From an uncultured Opitutaceae bacterium (GTDB lineage Bacteria; Verrucomicrobiota; Verrucomicrobiia; Opitutales; Opitutaceae), in the NCBI GenBank assembly GCA_964547325.1, contig CAZJNA010000002.1:6652-70651 (forward strand): 64,000 bases of DNA. Direction: 5' to 3'. Within the stretch, counting starts at the first letter, position 1, and each line of letters starts with the position of its first letter. The notes beneath the pieces are model-generated. The model did no database searches. It was given only the letters and a program-made list of their open reading frames with translations, and was not told the origin of the DNA. Shown piece after piece: positions 11,403-20,515 of this stretch. The position numbers were made by a program, and so were the translations under genes.

Positions 11403-12819
11403 GATCCTCGGCCACGGTGCCGAGAATCTTCGGGCCGCCGGGAGCCGTCCTGGCCTCCGTGCACTGCTTCATCAACGCAGCAGCCCATGCCTTGAGCGCA
11501 AGGACTTCGGGCGCCGAATGCACGAGGACGCCGATCTCGAAATTGACGAACAGGCTCCGCAGGTCGAAGTTCGCCGAGCCGATGAGGGCGACGCGCTCGT
11601 CCACGATCATCGCCTTGGCGTGCAGCATGATCCTGGGATAGAGAAGCACCCGTCCGCCCGCCTTCCTGAGCTCCCGGGTGTAGTAGCGGCGCGCGAAGTC
11701 GGTGACCGGATGGTTGGACTCTGCCGGCAGGACGAGGGTCACGTCGCGGCCGGCGCGCGCCTTGACGATCAGCGAGCGCAGGAGGACGTCGTCCGGGATG
11801 AAGTAGGGAGTGACGATCCAGATGCTGTGCTCCGCTTCCTGGATCATCGCGATGATCCCCTCGTAGAGCGGATCGCCGGGGACGTCCGGGCCGCTGGCGA
11901 CTACCTGCAGGGTCCCCGCGCCCCGGGCCTCGACGACATGCGCCGGAATCTCCTTGTGAAGCGCCTCCGGCGATTGCCGTGTCGCAAAGCACCAGTCGGC
12001 GATGAAGACCTCGTTCAGGAGCGCGGCGGCCGGGCCCTCGATCTGGGCGCCCAGGTCCATCCACCGCTTCGGCTGCGGCTCGGCGCCCATGTATTCATAG
12101 GCGATATTTCGCCCGCCGATGATCGCCGTCGAATGATCGAATATCGCGATCTTCCGGTGGTTGCGCAGATTCGCCGAGGTGCGCGATCCGAATGGAAGGA
12201 CCGGCATGAACCGGCCGACCTCGCCGCCGGCCCGCCGGATCGGATTGACGAAATGCATGCTGGAGACGAAGCAGCCGAAGGCGTCGAGGAGAAGCCGCAC
12301 CTTGATCCCATCGGCCGCACGCTCCGCCAGGAGCTGGACCAGCCTGCGGCCGGTCTCGTCGCGTCCGAGTATGAAAGTCCCGATGTGTATCTGGTGCTTG
12401 GCGCCGCGTATCAGTCTCTCGAGGGCCCTGAAGTCCTCCTCGCCGGTCGTCAGCAGGCTGAGCCGGTTTCCCCCGGCTGGCGCGCATCCTCCGGCCGCCG
12501 TCACGGTGTCGGCGACCGCGGGCGCCAGAGGGGGAACGGCGGTCGCGGCGGCTCCCGGAAGCGTGGGGAGGAGGGGAGACTTCCGCCCCGCGATCCTGCG
12601 GAGCTTGCGGCCGCCGATAAGGAGGTAAAGCGGGACGCCGACATACGGGATCAGCACGATCCCCAGGAGCCACGCGAAGGTGTTCGCCGGCGCGCGCTTC
12701 TCGCTCAGCAGGCGGGCGACGAGGAAGAAAGCCAGGACGAAGCCCGCGATCGCGAAGAAATGGGGGACGTAGCCGTGCGCCAGAAATCGCTCGAAGGGTT
12801 CGCGCAGATGGGCCGGCAT
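11374..12819 (-). CDS. cls: Cardiolipin synthase (PLD superfamily, two HKD motifs)
   Basis: Two N-terminal TM helices, then HKD motifs NHRKIAIFD and LHAKAMIVDERVALIGSANFD. Its 3' end overlaps the cimA 3' end by 29 bp (convergent). Confidence 0.85.
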   Translation of the reverse strand: MPAHLREPFERFLAHGYVPHFFAIAGFVLAFFLVARLLSEKRAPANTFAWLLGIVLIPYVGVPLYLLIGGRKLRRIAGRKSPLLPTLPGAAATAVPPLAPAVADTVTAAGGCAPAGGNRLSLLTTGEEDFRALERLIRGAKHQIHIGTFILGRDETGRRLVQLLAERAADGIKVRLLLDAFGCFVSSMHFVNPIRRAGGEVGRFMPVLPFGSRTSANLRNHRKIAIFDHSTAIIGGRNIAYEYMGAEPQPKRWMDLGAQIEGPAAALLNEVFIADWCFATRQSPEALHKEIPAHVVEARGAGTLQVVASGPDVPGDPLYEGIIAMIQEAEHSIWIVTPYFIPDDVLLRSLIVKARAGRDVTLVLPAESNHPVTDFARRYYTRELRKAGGRVLLYPRIMLHAKAMIVDERVALIGSANFDLRSLFVNFEIGVLVHSAPEVLALKAWAAALMKQCTEARTAPGGPKILGTVAEDLSRLLAPLL

Positions 12820-12901
12820 CACCCGTCAGAAAATACAGCGGGCGGCATCTGGCAACCACCCGCTCGGCTTTATGAGTCGGATCCCGCGCCCTGGTAAGCC
12901 C

Positions 12902-13099
12902 TCAGGGCCCGTCAATCCCGGGCAACCGGTTCGGTTTGTTATGCCAGTCTTCATCTTTGACCGCCGTTTTCGTCGGATCATTGCCCCAGCGCAATATGGT
13001 TGAACAGCCTCCTGCTAGCAGACCCGCGCCGCCGAGCAAAAGAACGAGGATAAGCCGCCGGGCATTTCTCTTCGTCTCAGCCTGCCGGTCCGGCCGCAT
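12902..13099 (-). CDS. Small putative lipoprotein (65 aa)
   Basis: Lipobox-like LLAGGC after a basic N-terminus. It starts 7 nt after the stop of the upstream paralog gene. Support comes from position and signal only. Confidence 0.4.
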   Translation of the reverse strand: MRPDRQAETKRNARRLILVLLLGGAGLLAGGCSTILRWGNDPTKTAVKDEDWHNKPNRLPGIDGP

Positions 13100-13106
13100 C
13101 GGAAGG

Positions 13107-14507
13107 TCAGCCGTTGGAAACCTGCCGGACCTTCTGGTCCGGGCCGTACACGTAGGTCACTCCCAGCCAGCTGAAGGTCAGCGCGGGCGCCGCTCCGGCG
13201 GAGAGCCGGGACGGGACACCCGCCTGCTGCAGGGCCATGAAAGCCCGGCGCATCTCCATCTCAGCCGTGTCGCCGGGCATCTGGTCGGGAACGGGAACGC
13301 GGCGCGGCGGCCCTTCCTTGGGCTGCTGGCGCGGTTTGGCCGCCACGGCGAGGAGGCTGCTGTGGATCTCCTGCAGCCTTTCCAGGTTCGCTATGTCCCC
13401 GGGCTTGTACCTCTTGGGCAGCGTGTAAACCCCGAGGCCCGGGCTGAAGAGGGAGAGCCTGTCGTCCATGGTAAACGCCACTGCGGGATGATCGCCGGGA
13501 ACCAGGACCACCTTCTCGGCCGGATGAACCTTCAGGAACGTCGCGCAGAAGAAGACATTTTCCATGACCCCGCCATTCTTCACGCAGAGGTACGGCAGCC
13601 GGGTTACGGGATTGCGCGGGAACGGCTTTGCACGGGTGCCGCGGTCCGGGTGATAGAAGTACTGCACGCCCTCCCAGTCGAAGACGATTGCCCTGATGGA
13701 TTCGGTCTTTGTGGCGCCCTTGCCCGAGATCTCGATATTGACCTGGTTGAGGGCGACAGGGACGAATCCCGCCTTGTCGGGGTCGTGCAGGGTCTTGTAG
13801 GTCCAGTCCAGGACCTCGCCCGGGGAGTCGGAGTAAGGGGAGTAAAATTTGTCCTGCATCACCGGATCATGGCCCCCGGCCAGGCGGAGCACGCTGTAGT
13901 CCCCCGATTCCTCGGCGACAATCTTCAGCTCGCTGAGCCTGCCGAGGTCGTCGGGATTGGAATTCGTTTCAGCCGGCCCGCCGGTGCTGCCCCGGACCAC
14001 GAACACATCCGTCTTGTGATTGAGGAAGTCCATGAGGTCTTTGCCGTACTCTGAGAGTTCCCGCGAGGCCCCTATGCGCTGCCTGATCTTTTCCAGGCCT
14101 TCACGCGTGCGAAGATCGGCGGGGCTGAATTCAGGCAGGTGAATGTGCTCGCCCAGGGCGTTGCTGGTCACGTAGAGCTCTCCTTCCTGGCTGAATGCGA
14201 TCGTCGCCCACTTGGTCTTTTCGCCGTCCTGATCGGTGATGATGACCGCATTCTCGGCCGGATGATCGGTCAGGTACCTGTGCCGCCAAAGGATGGCTTC
14301 GACCATCGGACCGCTCCGCAGGCTCGGGAATTCGCCATCGAAAAGATGAACTAGCTTCTCGATCCCGGCCTTTGGCTTCTTATCCGTGACGACGAAGGGG
14401 CTCAGCTTCACGGGCTGGCTGGATTGCGGTTCATTCTGGGCTAGCGACGGGATTGTGCTCGCCAGAACCGCCACGCAACAGCGGACTCCGTTCCTGATTG
14501 TGCGCAA
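13107..14507 (-). CDS. Exported protein of unknown function, paralog A (466 aa)
   Basis: Signal-peptide-like N-terminus. Clearly homologous along its length to the upstream 485-aa ORF. TTG start at 14507. Confidence 0.7.
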   Translation of the reverse strand: MRTIRNGVRCCVAVLASTIPSLAQNEPQSSQPVKLSPFVVTDKKPKAGIEKLVHLFDGEFPSLRSGPMVEAILWRHRYLTDHPAENAVIITDQDGEKTKWATIAFSQEGELYVTSNALGEHIHLPEFSPADLRTREGLEKIRQRIGASRELSEYGKDLMDFLNHKTDVFVVRGSTGGPAETNSNPDDLGRLSELKIVAEESGDYSVLRLAGGHDPVMQDKFYSPYSDSPGEVLDWTYKTLHDPDKAGFVPVALNQVNIEISGKGATKTESIRAIVFDWEGVQYFYHPDRGTRAKPFPRNPVTRLPYLCVKNGGVMENVFFCATFLKVHPAEKVVLVPGDHPAVAFTMDDRLSLFSPGLGVYTLPKRYKPGDIANLERLQEIHSSLLAVAAKPRQQPKEGPPRRVPVPDQMPGDTAEMEMRRAFMALQQAGVPSRLSAGAAPALTFSWLGVTYVYGPDQKVRQVSNG

Positions 14508-14529
14508 GGGTTCGGTCCCTGGTTGGCGA

Positions 14530-15987
14530 TCAGCCGTTCGAAACCTTCCGGAGCTGCTGATCGGACCCGTAGGTGTAATCGACCCCCTGCCAGGTGAAAG
14601 TCAGGCTGGAAGTGTCCCCGCTCTTCAGATGGACAGGGATTCCCACGCTTTCAAATGCCACAAATATTCGCCGCATCTGCAGGTCGGCCGTGTCGCCCGG
14701 GAGTTCCCTCGGCACCTGCTTTAAATGCCCGCGCCCGGGTCCTACAGCGGGCGCAGGCAGGCTCGCCACCGCGGACCGGACCCTGTCGATCGAGGACTTA
14801 AGGGCATTCTCGCTGTTGATTGCGTCCGGATTCGCCGACTTGAGGACGGCGAACCGGTTGAGCGAAGGGCTGAAGACGCACAGTTTGCCGTTCACCGTGT
14901 AGGCGGCGGACGGATTGTCGCTCGGCACGACGACCGCCTTCTCGGAGGGATGGCTCCTCAGGTAGGTCGCTGAAAAATAGATGCTTTCGATCAGGCCGCT
15001 GTCGCGCACGCACAGAAAGGGGAGCCCGGTGACGAGATTGATAGGAATCGGCCGTCCCACCGTCCCGCCGTAGGGCCTGTACACGTAGTGGACCCCCTCC
15101 CAGTCGAAGACGACCGCCTGGCTCGGCCTAGTGACGAGCCCCTTCGGCGTACGCATCTGGATGTCGACCTGTCCCACTCCCACGGGGACGATCCCGGATC
15201 GTGCCGGATCGTGAAGCGCGCGGTAGACCGTATCCAGCATTTCCTTCGGCGCTTCATGGAAGCGGTCGCCCCAATAGGCGCTATTGAAGAACGCCGTGTT
15301 GGCTCCGCGGAATTGTTGGGAGATTCCTCCCGGCGGCACGACCATCGAATCCGGATAGAAGATGTTCAGCCCCGGCGGTACGACCGCGCCCGTATCCTCA
15401 AGACTTCTCCCAAAGCCGCGGCCTGCCGTGAAATCGCCCATCACGGGGTTGAACGCGCTTCCAGCGACCACCCATCCGCCTCCCCTGAGGCTGGCGGTCG
15501 CCATCGAGGCGTCGAGCGTGTATGCATCGCGGATCCCGCCGAAGGCCTTCTCAATCTTCGCGACGTCATGGATGTCCGCCGCACTCAGGCCATGAAGTCG
15601 AACGCGTTCGCCCAGGGCATAGCTGTTCGCGAAGAGCTTTCCCCCGTTTGTGTACACCGTCGTCGCGTCCGTCACCCGCCCGTTCGAACGCTGTTGGATA
15701 AGGATGACCGCATCTTCGGTCGGATGGACCGACAGGTATCCGTGCTTCCAGATGATGGCCTGGATGAGAGCGCCCCCTTGGGCGTCCACCCAGGGCCCGT
15801 CGAAGAGATGGTCCATCTTTTCGTAGAATTCAAATAGGGGCGAAGTGAAGGTGGGCGCCGTCACTTCGAATGCCGGCAATTCCATCGGCCTGTGGTCGGG
15901 CAATTCCGATTCGGCGCCGGCGAGCGCGGTCTGGGACAGGGCGGCCAACCCCAGGAACACTATCCGGCTCGGGAGGGGAGACTTCAT
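14530..15987 (-). CDS. Exported protein of unknown function, paralog B (485 aa)
   Basis: Signal peptide MKSPLPSRIVFLGLAALSQTALAGA. Shares blocks with paralog A (VFDWEGV.Y.Y.P, LP.LCV, HP.EK.V.VP, PGDTA..MRR.F, LTF.W.GV.Y.YG.DQ..R.VSNG). Confidence 0.75.
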   Translation of the reverse strand: MKSPLPSRIVFLGLAALSQTALAGAESELPDHRPMELPAFEVTAPTFTSPLFEFYEKMDHLFDGPWVDAQGGALIQAIIWKHGYLSVHPTEDAVILIQQRSNGRVTDATTVYTNGGKLFANSYALGERVRLHGLSAADIHDVAKIEKAFGGIRDAYTLDASMATASLRGGGWVVAGSAFNPVMGDFTAGRGFGRSLEDTGAVVPPGLNIFYPDSMVVPPGGISQQFRGANTAFFNSAYWGDRFHEAPKEMLDTVYRALHDPARSGIVPVGVGQVDIQMRTPKGLVTRPSQAVVFDWEGVHYVYRPYGGTVGRPIPINLVTGLPFLCVRDSGLIESIYFSATYLRSHPSEKAVVVPSDNPSAAYTVNGKLCVFSPSLNRFAVLKSANPDAINSENALKSSIDRVRSAVASLPAPAVGPGRGHLKQVPRELPGDTADLQMRRIFVAFESVGIPVHLKSGDTSSLTFTWQGVDYTYGSDQQLRKVSNG

Positions 15988-16208
15988 GTTCTATCCTTTC
16001 TTTTGACTTCCAAACCTTTGAGGAGCGGGGAACCTGCGAAAGCAAACGGGCGAATGGGGCAGGCCCCACAATTAAAGCCTTGAACTCCATTAGTCCAATT
16101 GGAAATTTGATCGTTCCGTAAATCGGACGCTCGGGGCTCATCTGCGGCAGACTGCAAATAAGGTCTTGAATGCAAACGATTCGCGGGGTTTTCTGACCAT
16201 TCATCTCC

Positions 16209-16294
16209 GGTGGGTTACTCAAGTGGCCAACGAGGGCGGACTGTAAATCCGCCGGCTAACGCCTTCGATGGTTCGAATCCATCACCCACCACCA
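16209..16294 (+). tRNA. tRNA-Tyr (anticodon GTA), long variable arm, encoded CCA
   Basis: Acceptor GGTGGGT/ACCCACC, anticodon stem GCGGA/TCCGC with loop CTGTAAA, T arm GATGG-TTCGAAT-CCATC, 86 nt. Confidence 0.93.
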
Positions 16295-16652
16295 CTTTCA
16301 GCACGTGACGTACATTCGAATCTTGTATCCCGCAGAAGGAGAGTCGTTGAGTGATGGATGAGAACCTTGGTTCGACGGAGCCCCGCCCCGGCGGGGCGGA
16401 GAAGGGGCGCGCACAGCGCGAGAGCGAAGCTCCTGGCCATCAGGCCAGCCAATCCATCACCCACCACCACTTTCAGCACGTGACGTACATTCGAATCTTG
16501 TATCCCGCAGAAGGAGAGTCGTTGAGTGATGGATGAGAACCTTGGTTCGACGGAGCCCCGCCCCGGCGGGGCGGAGAAGGGGCGCGCACAGCGCGAGAGC
16601 GAAGCTCCTGGCCATCAGGCCAGCCAATCCATCACCCACCACCACTTTCAGC
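16276..16652 (+). repeat. Two identical 175-bp tandem units plus a third 27-nt core, each starting with the last 19 nt of tRNA-Tyr
   Basis: The core AATCCATCACCCACCACCACTTTCAGC occurs at 16276, 16451 and 16626. The two intervening 148-nt segments read identical by eye. Confidence 0.9.
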
Positions 16653-16653
16653 C

Positions 16654-18168
16654 GTGCCGCCTTCCGCTCAGCGGGGTGAAACGCCCCTTTTCGGCAGACA
16701 TTGGGACAAGGCTGCGCTGATCGCCGTCCTGACCGCCGCCGCCTTCGTGCGGCTTTGGCGCCTCGACCTGATGGAATTCAAGGGCGACGAGGCGAATGCC
16801 TGCCGGCTCGCCCTTCAGTCGCTCGGCCGCGGTGTCGGCGGCGATTCCGGGGCCGGATTTCCCCTGACGGGCCTGATGGCGAGCATCGGCGTACCGAATC
16901 CCCCGCTTTTCATTTACCTTCTGGCGCTGCCCCTTGCCATTTCGGCCGACCCGCTCGCGGCTGCAGTTTTCGTGGCGCTCGCCAATGTCGCGGCGGTCGC
17001 CATCTGCTACATCGTCGGCCGCCGCTACTTCTCACCGTTTGTTGCGCTGGCCGCCTCCGCGCTCTATGCGCTGGCCCCCTGGGCGGTCATTTTTTCGCGG
17101 AAGCTATGGGCCCAGGATCTGATGCCCGTCTTCATCTGCGGCTTCCTGCTCGCGGCGCATTCCTTTCTCGTCGATCGAAAGCCGCGATCGCTCGCCATCG
17201 CCATCTTCCTCGCTGCGGCCGCCATCCAGCTCCATTTCTCGGCGCTCATCCTCGTGCCCGTGATCGCCTGCCTTCTTGTCGCCGGCAGGGCGACCGTACG
17301 GGGCCGCTGGATCGCGGCCGGAATCCTTGCCGCCGCCCTGCTCTACGCTCCCTATGTCCTGCACGTTGTCCGCACGCACGGCGCCGATTTTGCGAACCTC
17401 GGCGCCCGCCGGGGCGAATGGTCCGCCTCCCTGCCTGCGGGGCGCAGGCTGCTGCTGGCGCTCCGATACCCGCTCGCGGTCTCGGGCGCCGATGCCACGG
17501 ATGCTCTTTTGGGCGGGCAGCCTGGCCTGGCCTTCCCGTTCGCCCTTCTCACCGGAATTCTGGCATTTGCCGGCCTGGCCTGGCTCTGTGTCCGCGACCG
17601 CGCCGGCCCGCTATTCTCCGCACGGCTCATTCTGGCGATCTGGATCATCCTCCCCAGCCTGGGAATCGCCGTCGTCGGAGTCGTTCCCTACACCCATTAC
17701 TTCATAGTTCTCTACCCGATCTTGTTTCTGGGACTGGCGGCTGCGCTTGAAAAACTGTCCGGCGACTGGCGGCTGGTGTCGCTGGCAGCGTGCGTGGCCG
17801 GCTATGCGTGGCTCGACGCGTCCCTCTTCCACTCGGTGGCTTCGCGCGGCGGCGCTCCGGCTGACTATGGCGTGGCCTACGCGTACAAGGCGGCCGCGAT
17901 CGAATCCGCGGCGGCTGAGAATCCGGGCCGCCCGTTCGTCCTCGCTGACGGCATCCATCCCGAGGGAGCCATCGCGCCGGAGTACCGGTTTCTTGCCGAC
18001 CTCAGGGACTGCGGGCGCAAGCCGGCCTCCGGACAGCCGGAGTTTGGCTACGTCCTGATCGATACGTTGGGAACGGCGCTGACCCCGGAAGGCGAGGCGG
18101 CCGCCAAAAAATTCCAACGGCGGCAGTTTGGGCCGCTGGCGGTCTATGTGATCCCGCTTGGCCGCTGA
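16654..18168 (+). CDS. Polytopic GT-C-type membrane glycosyltransferase-like protein (ArnT/PMT-like)
   Basis: About 12 predicted hydrophobic helices. The N-terminal LTAAAFVRLWRLDLMEFKGDEA resembles the ArnT/PMT_2 first helix-loop. GTG start, 1 nt after the last repeat core. Confidence 0.55.
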   Translation: MPPSAQRGETPLFGRHWDKAALIAVLTAAAFVRLWRLDLMEFKGDEANACRLALQSLGRGVGGDSGAGFPLTGLMASIGVPNPPLFIYLLALPLAISADPLAAAVFVALANVAAVAICYIVGRRYFSPFVALAASALYALAPWAVIFSRKLWAQDLMPVFICGFLLAAHSFLVDRKPRSLAIAIFLAAAAIQLHFSALILVPVIACLLVAGRATVRGRWIAAGILAAALLYAPYVLHVVRTHGADFANLGARRGEWSASLPAGRRLLLALRYPLAVSGADATDALLGGQPGLAFPFALLTGILAFAGLAWLCVRDRAGPLFSARLILAIWIILPSLGIAVVGVVPYTHYFIVLYPILFLGLAAALEKLSGDWRLVSLAACVAGYAWLDASLFHSVASRGGAPADYGVAYAYKAAAIESAAAENPGRPFVLADGIHPEGAIAPEYRFLADLRDCGRKPASGQPEFGYVLIDTLGTALTPEGEAAAKKFQRRQFGPLAVYVIPLGR

Positions 18169-18211
18169 TGCTGGGAATCGCCCCGCTCCCGCGGGCCGCC
18201 GGAAATGGGAC

Positions 18212-18287
18212 TGGAGCCGACAGCCGGACTTGAACCGGCGACCCATGCTTTACGAAAGCATTGCTCTACCAACTGAGCTATGTCGGC
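18212..18287 (-). tRNA. tRNA-Thr (anticodon CGT), encoded CCA
   Basis: The reverse complement reads GCCGACA TA GCTCAGTTGGTAGAGC A ATGCT TTCGTAA AGCAT GGGTC GCCGG TTCAAGT CCGGC TGTCGGC T CCA, 76 nt. Confidence 0.93.
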
Positions 18288-18366
18288 TAAACAGCCCGCC
18301 TGCAGCCCTGATATTTACCTTGGGCGCGCTGCTTCCGGCAAGGGAAAAGGCGAAACGGGCGGCCCG

Positions 18367-20439
18367 TTAGCGCAGGCCCCTGACCCGCGCCAGGTTCTGA
18401 TGCGCGGACGCATCGCCGGGGCTCAGCCGCAGCACTTCCTCGAACTGCGCCTGCGCCTCGTCGAGCCTGCCGCTGATCGCCAGGGCGACGCCGAGATTAT
18501 TGCGGGACCTGACATCGGCCGGCCTCAGCTGCACCGCCCGCTCATAGTGGGTCACGGCCTCCGGAAGCCGGCCGGCGCGCTGAAATGCGAATCCGAGATT
18601 GATCTCGGCGTCGGCGTAGTCGGGCTTCAGCCGGATGGCCTCCTCGTATTGGGCGACGGCCTCGTCGGCCCGGCCCTGTCCTCCCAGCAGGTTCGCGAGG
18701 TTGTAGTGCGCCGGGGCGTAGCCCGGATCGAGCTGGATCGATCGTTCATAGTGCCCCATCGCCTCGCCGTTCCTTCCGAGATCGGCCAGGGCGACGCCGA
18801 GGTTGTTCTCAGCCTCGGTATAGTCCGGCCGGATGCGCAGCGCCCGCTCGTAGTCCTCCACGGCTTCTGGATTTCGGCCCAGTCCATGGAGGCAGTTCCC
18901 CAGATTGTACAAGGCCTGGGGATAGTCGGGCCTTTCACGCAAGGCCTCCGTGAAATCCCCGATCGCTTCCCCGAACCGCCCTTGTTCGAACGACAGCTGC
19001 CCCCGGTTGAGATGAGCTTCCGCAAAATGCGGGTTCAGTCTCAGCGCCTGCTCATAGTCCCTGGCGGCCTCCGCTTTCCTGCCCGTTCCCGATTCGAGGA
19101 AGCCGAGGTTGTTGTAAACCATCCAGGCCCCGGGGCTCCGGGCCAGCGTCGCGCGGTAGAGGGTCTCCTCGTCCCGATAGCTTTCCGCCTGCCTCCAGGT
19201 GAGGCTGACACATGCGCCGACCACAAGCGCCGCCGCGCCCCAGGCCCAGGGAGCCGCAAGCGGCCGTCGCCGGAGACTTTCCCAACCGGCCGCGGCGAGG
19301 GCGAGCAGGCCGATGATCGCAAGATGCTGGTAGTGGTCGGCGACCAGCGAATACCGCATGAAGTACACATCGGTGAAGCCGAGGACCGGCAGGAGCATCA
19401 CGCAGAAATAACCCCAGGCAAACAGGGCGGCCCTGGCGGGTCCGCCGGTCGAGCCGCCGCGGCGGGCCCAGAGCCACAAGGCTGCCGTCGTCCCGATTGC
19501 GGCGAGCAGGGGAAGCCACCAGAGCGGCTCCCGGGGATCGATGCTCCACAGGGGATAGACAAAGGTGAGGTTGGCCGGCGCGATCGCCTTCGAGAGGTAG
19601 AACCAGATCGCAGCCGCCGCGCCGAGCAGCCGCTGGATGGGATCCGCGCTCCGAATCGCCTCGTGCGTGCCGTGAGTCTGGAACCAGATGTTCACGGCGA
19701 CCAACCCGGCTGCGGAGAGGAGGAATGGCGCCAGGCGCGCGACGTCTCCGGGCGTGACGCGGCGCCTCCACGCGATGACGCCGAGCAGGACGAGCGGCAG
19801 CGGGGCCACAGAACCCTTGCTCAGCATCGCCAGAATGAACGCAAGCAGGCTCAGCCAATAAAAGGAGTCGGGTCTCGGAAGTTGCCCAGCCCCAATTGGC
19901 GCCAAGCAACCTCCGAGACCCAACCCCTTTTCATACCATTGCGTTCGCAAAAACCCATGGACCGACAGGAGGTAAAACAGCATCGCGGTCAGGTTCTTCC
20001 GCTGAGCGACCCAGGCGACCGATTCCACGTTCACCGGGTGGACGGCGAATAGGAGCGCGGCGAGCCACGCTCCGGGGACGCGCAGCCGGCGCAGGACACC
20101 CCAGAGAAGAAGGACCTCGCCGAGGTGAAGGGCCAGATTCGTCGCGTGGTATCCGACTGCATGGGTCCCCCATAGCCGCCATTCGAACCAAAGGGTGCTC
20201 GAGGTGACCGGCCAGTAGTCGAGCGGCTGGGTCGTGAACCAGAAGCGATACAGCCCGTCCGGCGCCTTGATCAGCGCGTTCTTCGTCAGGAAGGTGTCAT
20301 CGTCCCAGACAAATCCGTTCCGCAGGGTCGGAAGGTAGGCGGCCACGCAGGCGGCAACGAGCAGGGCCGCGAGCCACGCCCGCTGCCCGCCGCCAGACGC
20401 GGGTTTGGCGGGCGGCAGCGGGGCATCCGGTCTTGGCAT
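18367..20439 (-). CDS. TMTC-like protein: N-terminal polytopic GT-C-like membrane domain plus C-terminal TPR array
   Basis: N-terminus AYLPTLRNGFVWDDDTFLTKN followed by many TM helices. The C-terminal third holds repeated 34-aa TPR units (A...Y..AL.L.P....A..NLG). Confidence 0.75.
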   Translation of the reverse strand: MPRPDAPLPPAKPASGGGQRAWLAALLVAACVAAYLPTLRNGFVWDDDTFLTKNALIKAPDGLYRFWFTTQPLDYWPVTSSTLWFEWRLWGTHAVGYHATNLALHLGEVLLLWGVLRRLRVPGAWLAALLFAVHPVNVESVAWVAQRKNLTAMLFYLLSVHGFLRTQWYEKGLGLGGCLAPIGAGQLPRPDSFYWLSLLAFILAMLSKGSVAPLPLVLLGVIAWRRRVTPGDVARLAPFLLSAAGLVAVNIWFQTHGTHEAIRSADPIQRLLGAAAAIWFYLSKAIAPANLTFVYPLWSIDPREPLWWLPLLAAIGTTAALWLWARRGGSTGGPARAALFAWGYFCVMLLPVLGFTDVYFMRYSLVADHYQHLAIIGLLALAAAGWESLRRRPLAAPWAWGAAALVVGACVSLTWRQAESYRDEETLYRATLARSPGAWMVYNNLGFLESGTGRKAEAARDYEQALRLNPHFAEAHLNRGQLSFEQGRFGEAIGDFTEALRERPDYPQALYNLGNCLHGLGRNPEAVEDYERALRIRPDYTEAENNLGVALADLGRNGEAMGHYERSIQLDPGYAPAHYNLANLLGGQGRADEAVAQYEEAIRLKPDYADAEINLGFAFQRAGRLPEAVTHYERAVQLRPADVRSRNNLGVALAISGRLDEAQAQFEEVLRLSPGDASAHQNLARVRGLR

Positions 20440-20515
20440 CCCGCGAAGCTAGGACGAATTCCGGGGCATTTGCACCGCGGATTTTCCCTTCGAACCCATA
20501 CCCTACGCGACGGCC

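Noticed and set aside
16276-16652. Possible CRISPR array, because of regularly spaced repeats
   Set aside because: The 148-nt segments between the 27-nt cores are identical to each other rather than unique spacers. The core is the tRNA-Tyr 3' end, there are only three cores, and no cas genes are present.
16282-16720. Four 61-65 aa ORFs on both strands inside the 175-bp repeats
   Set aside because: They exist only because the repeat is duplicated. They overlap each other on opposite strands, and have no start context or recognisable features.
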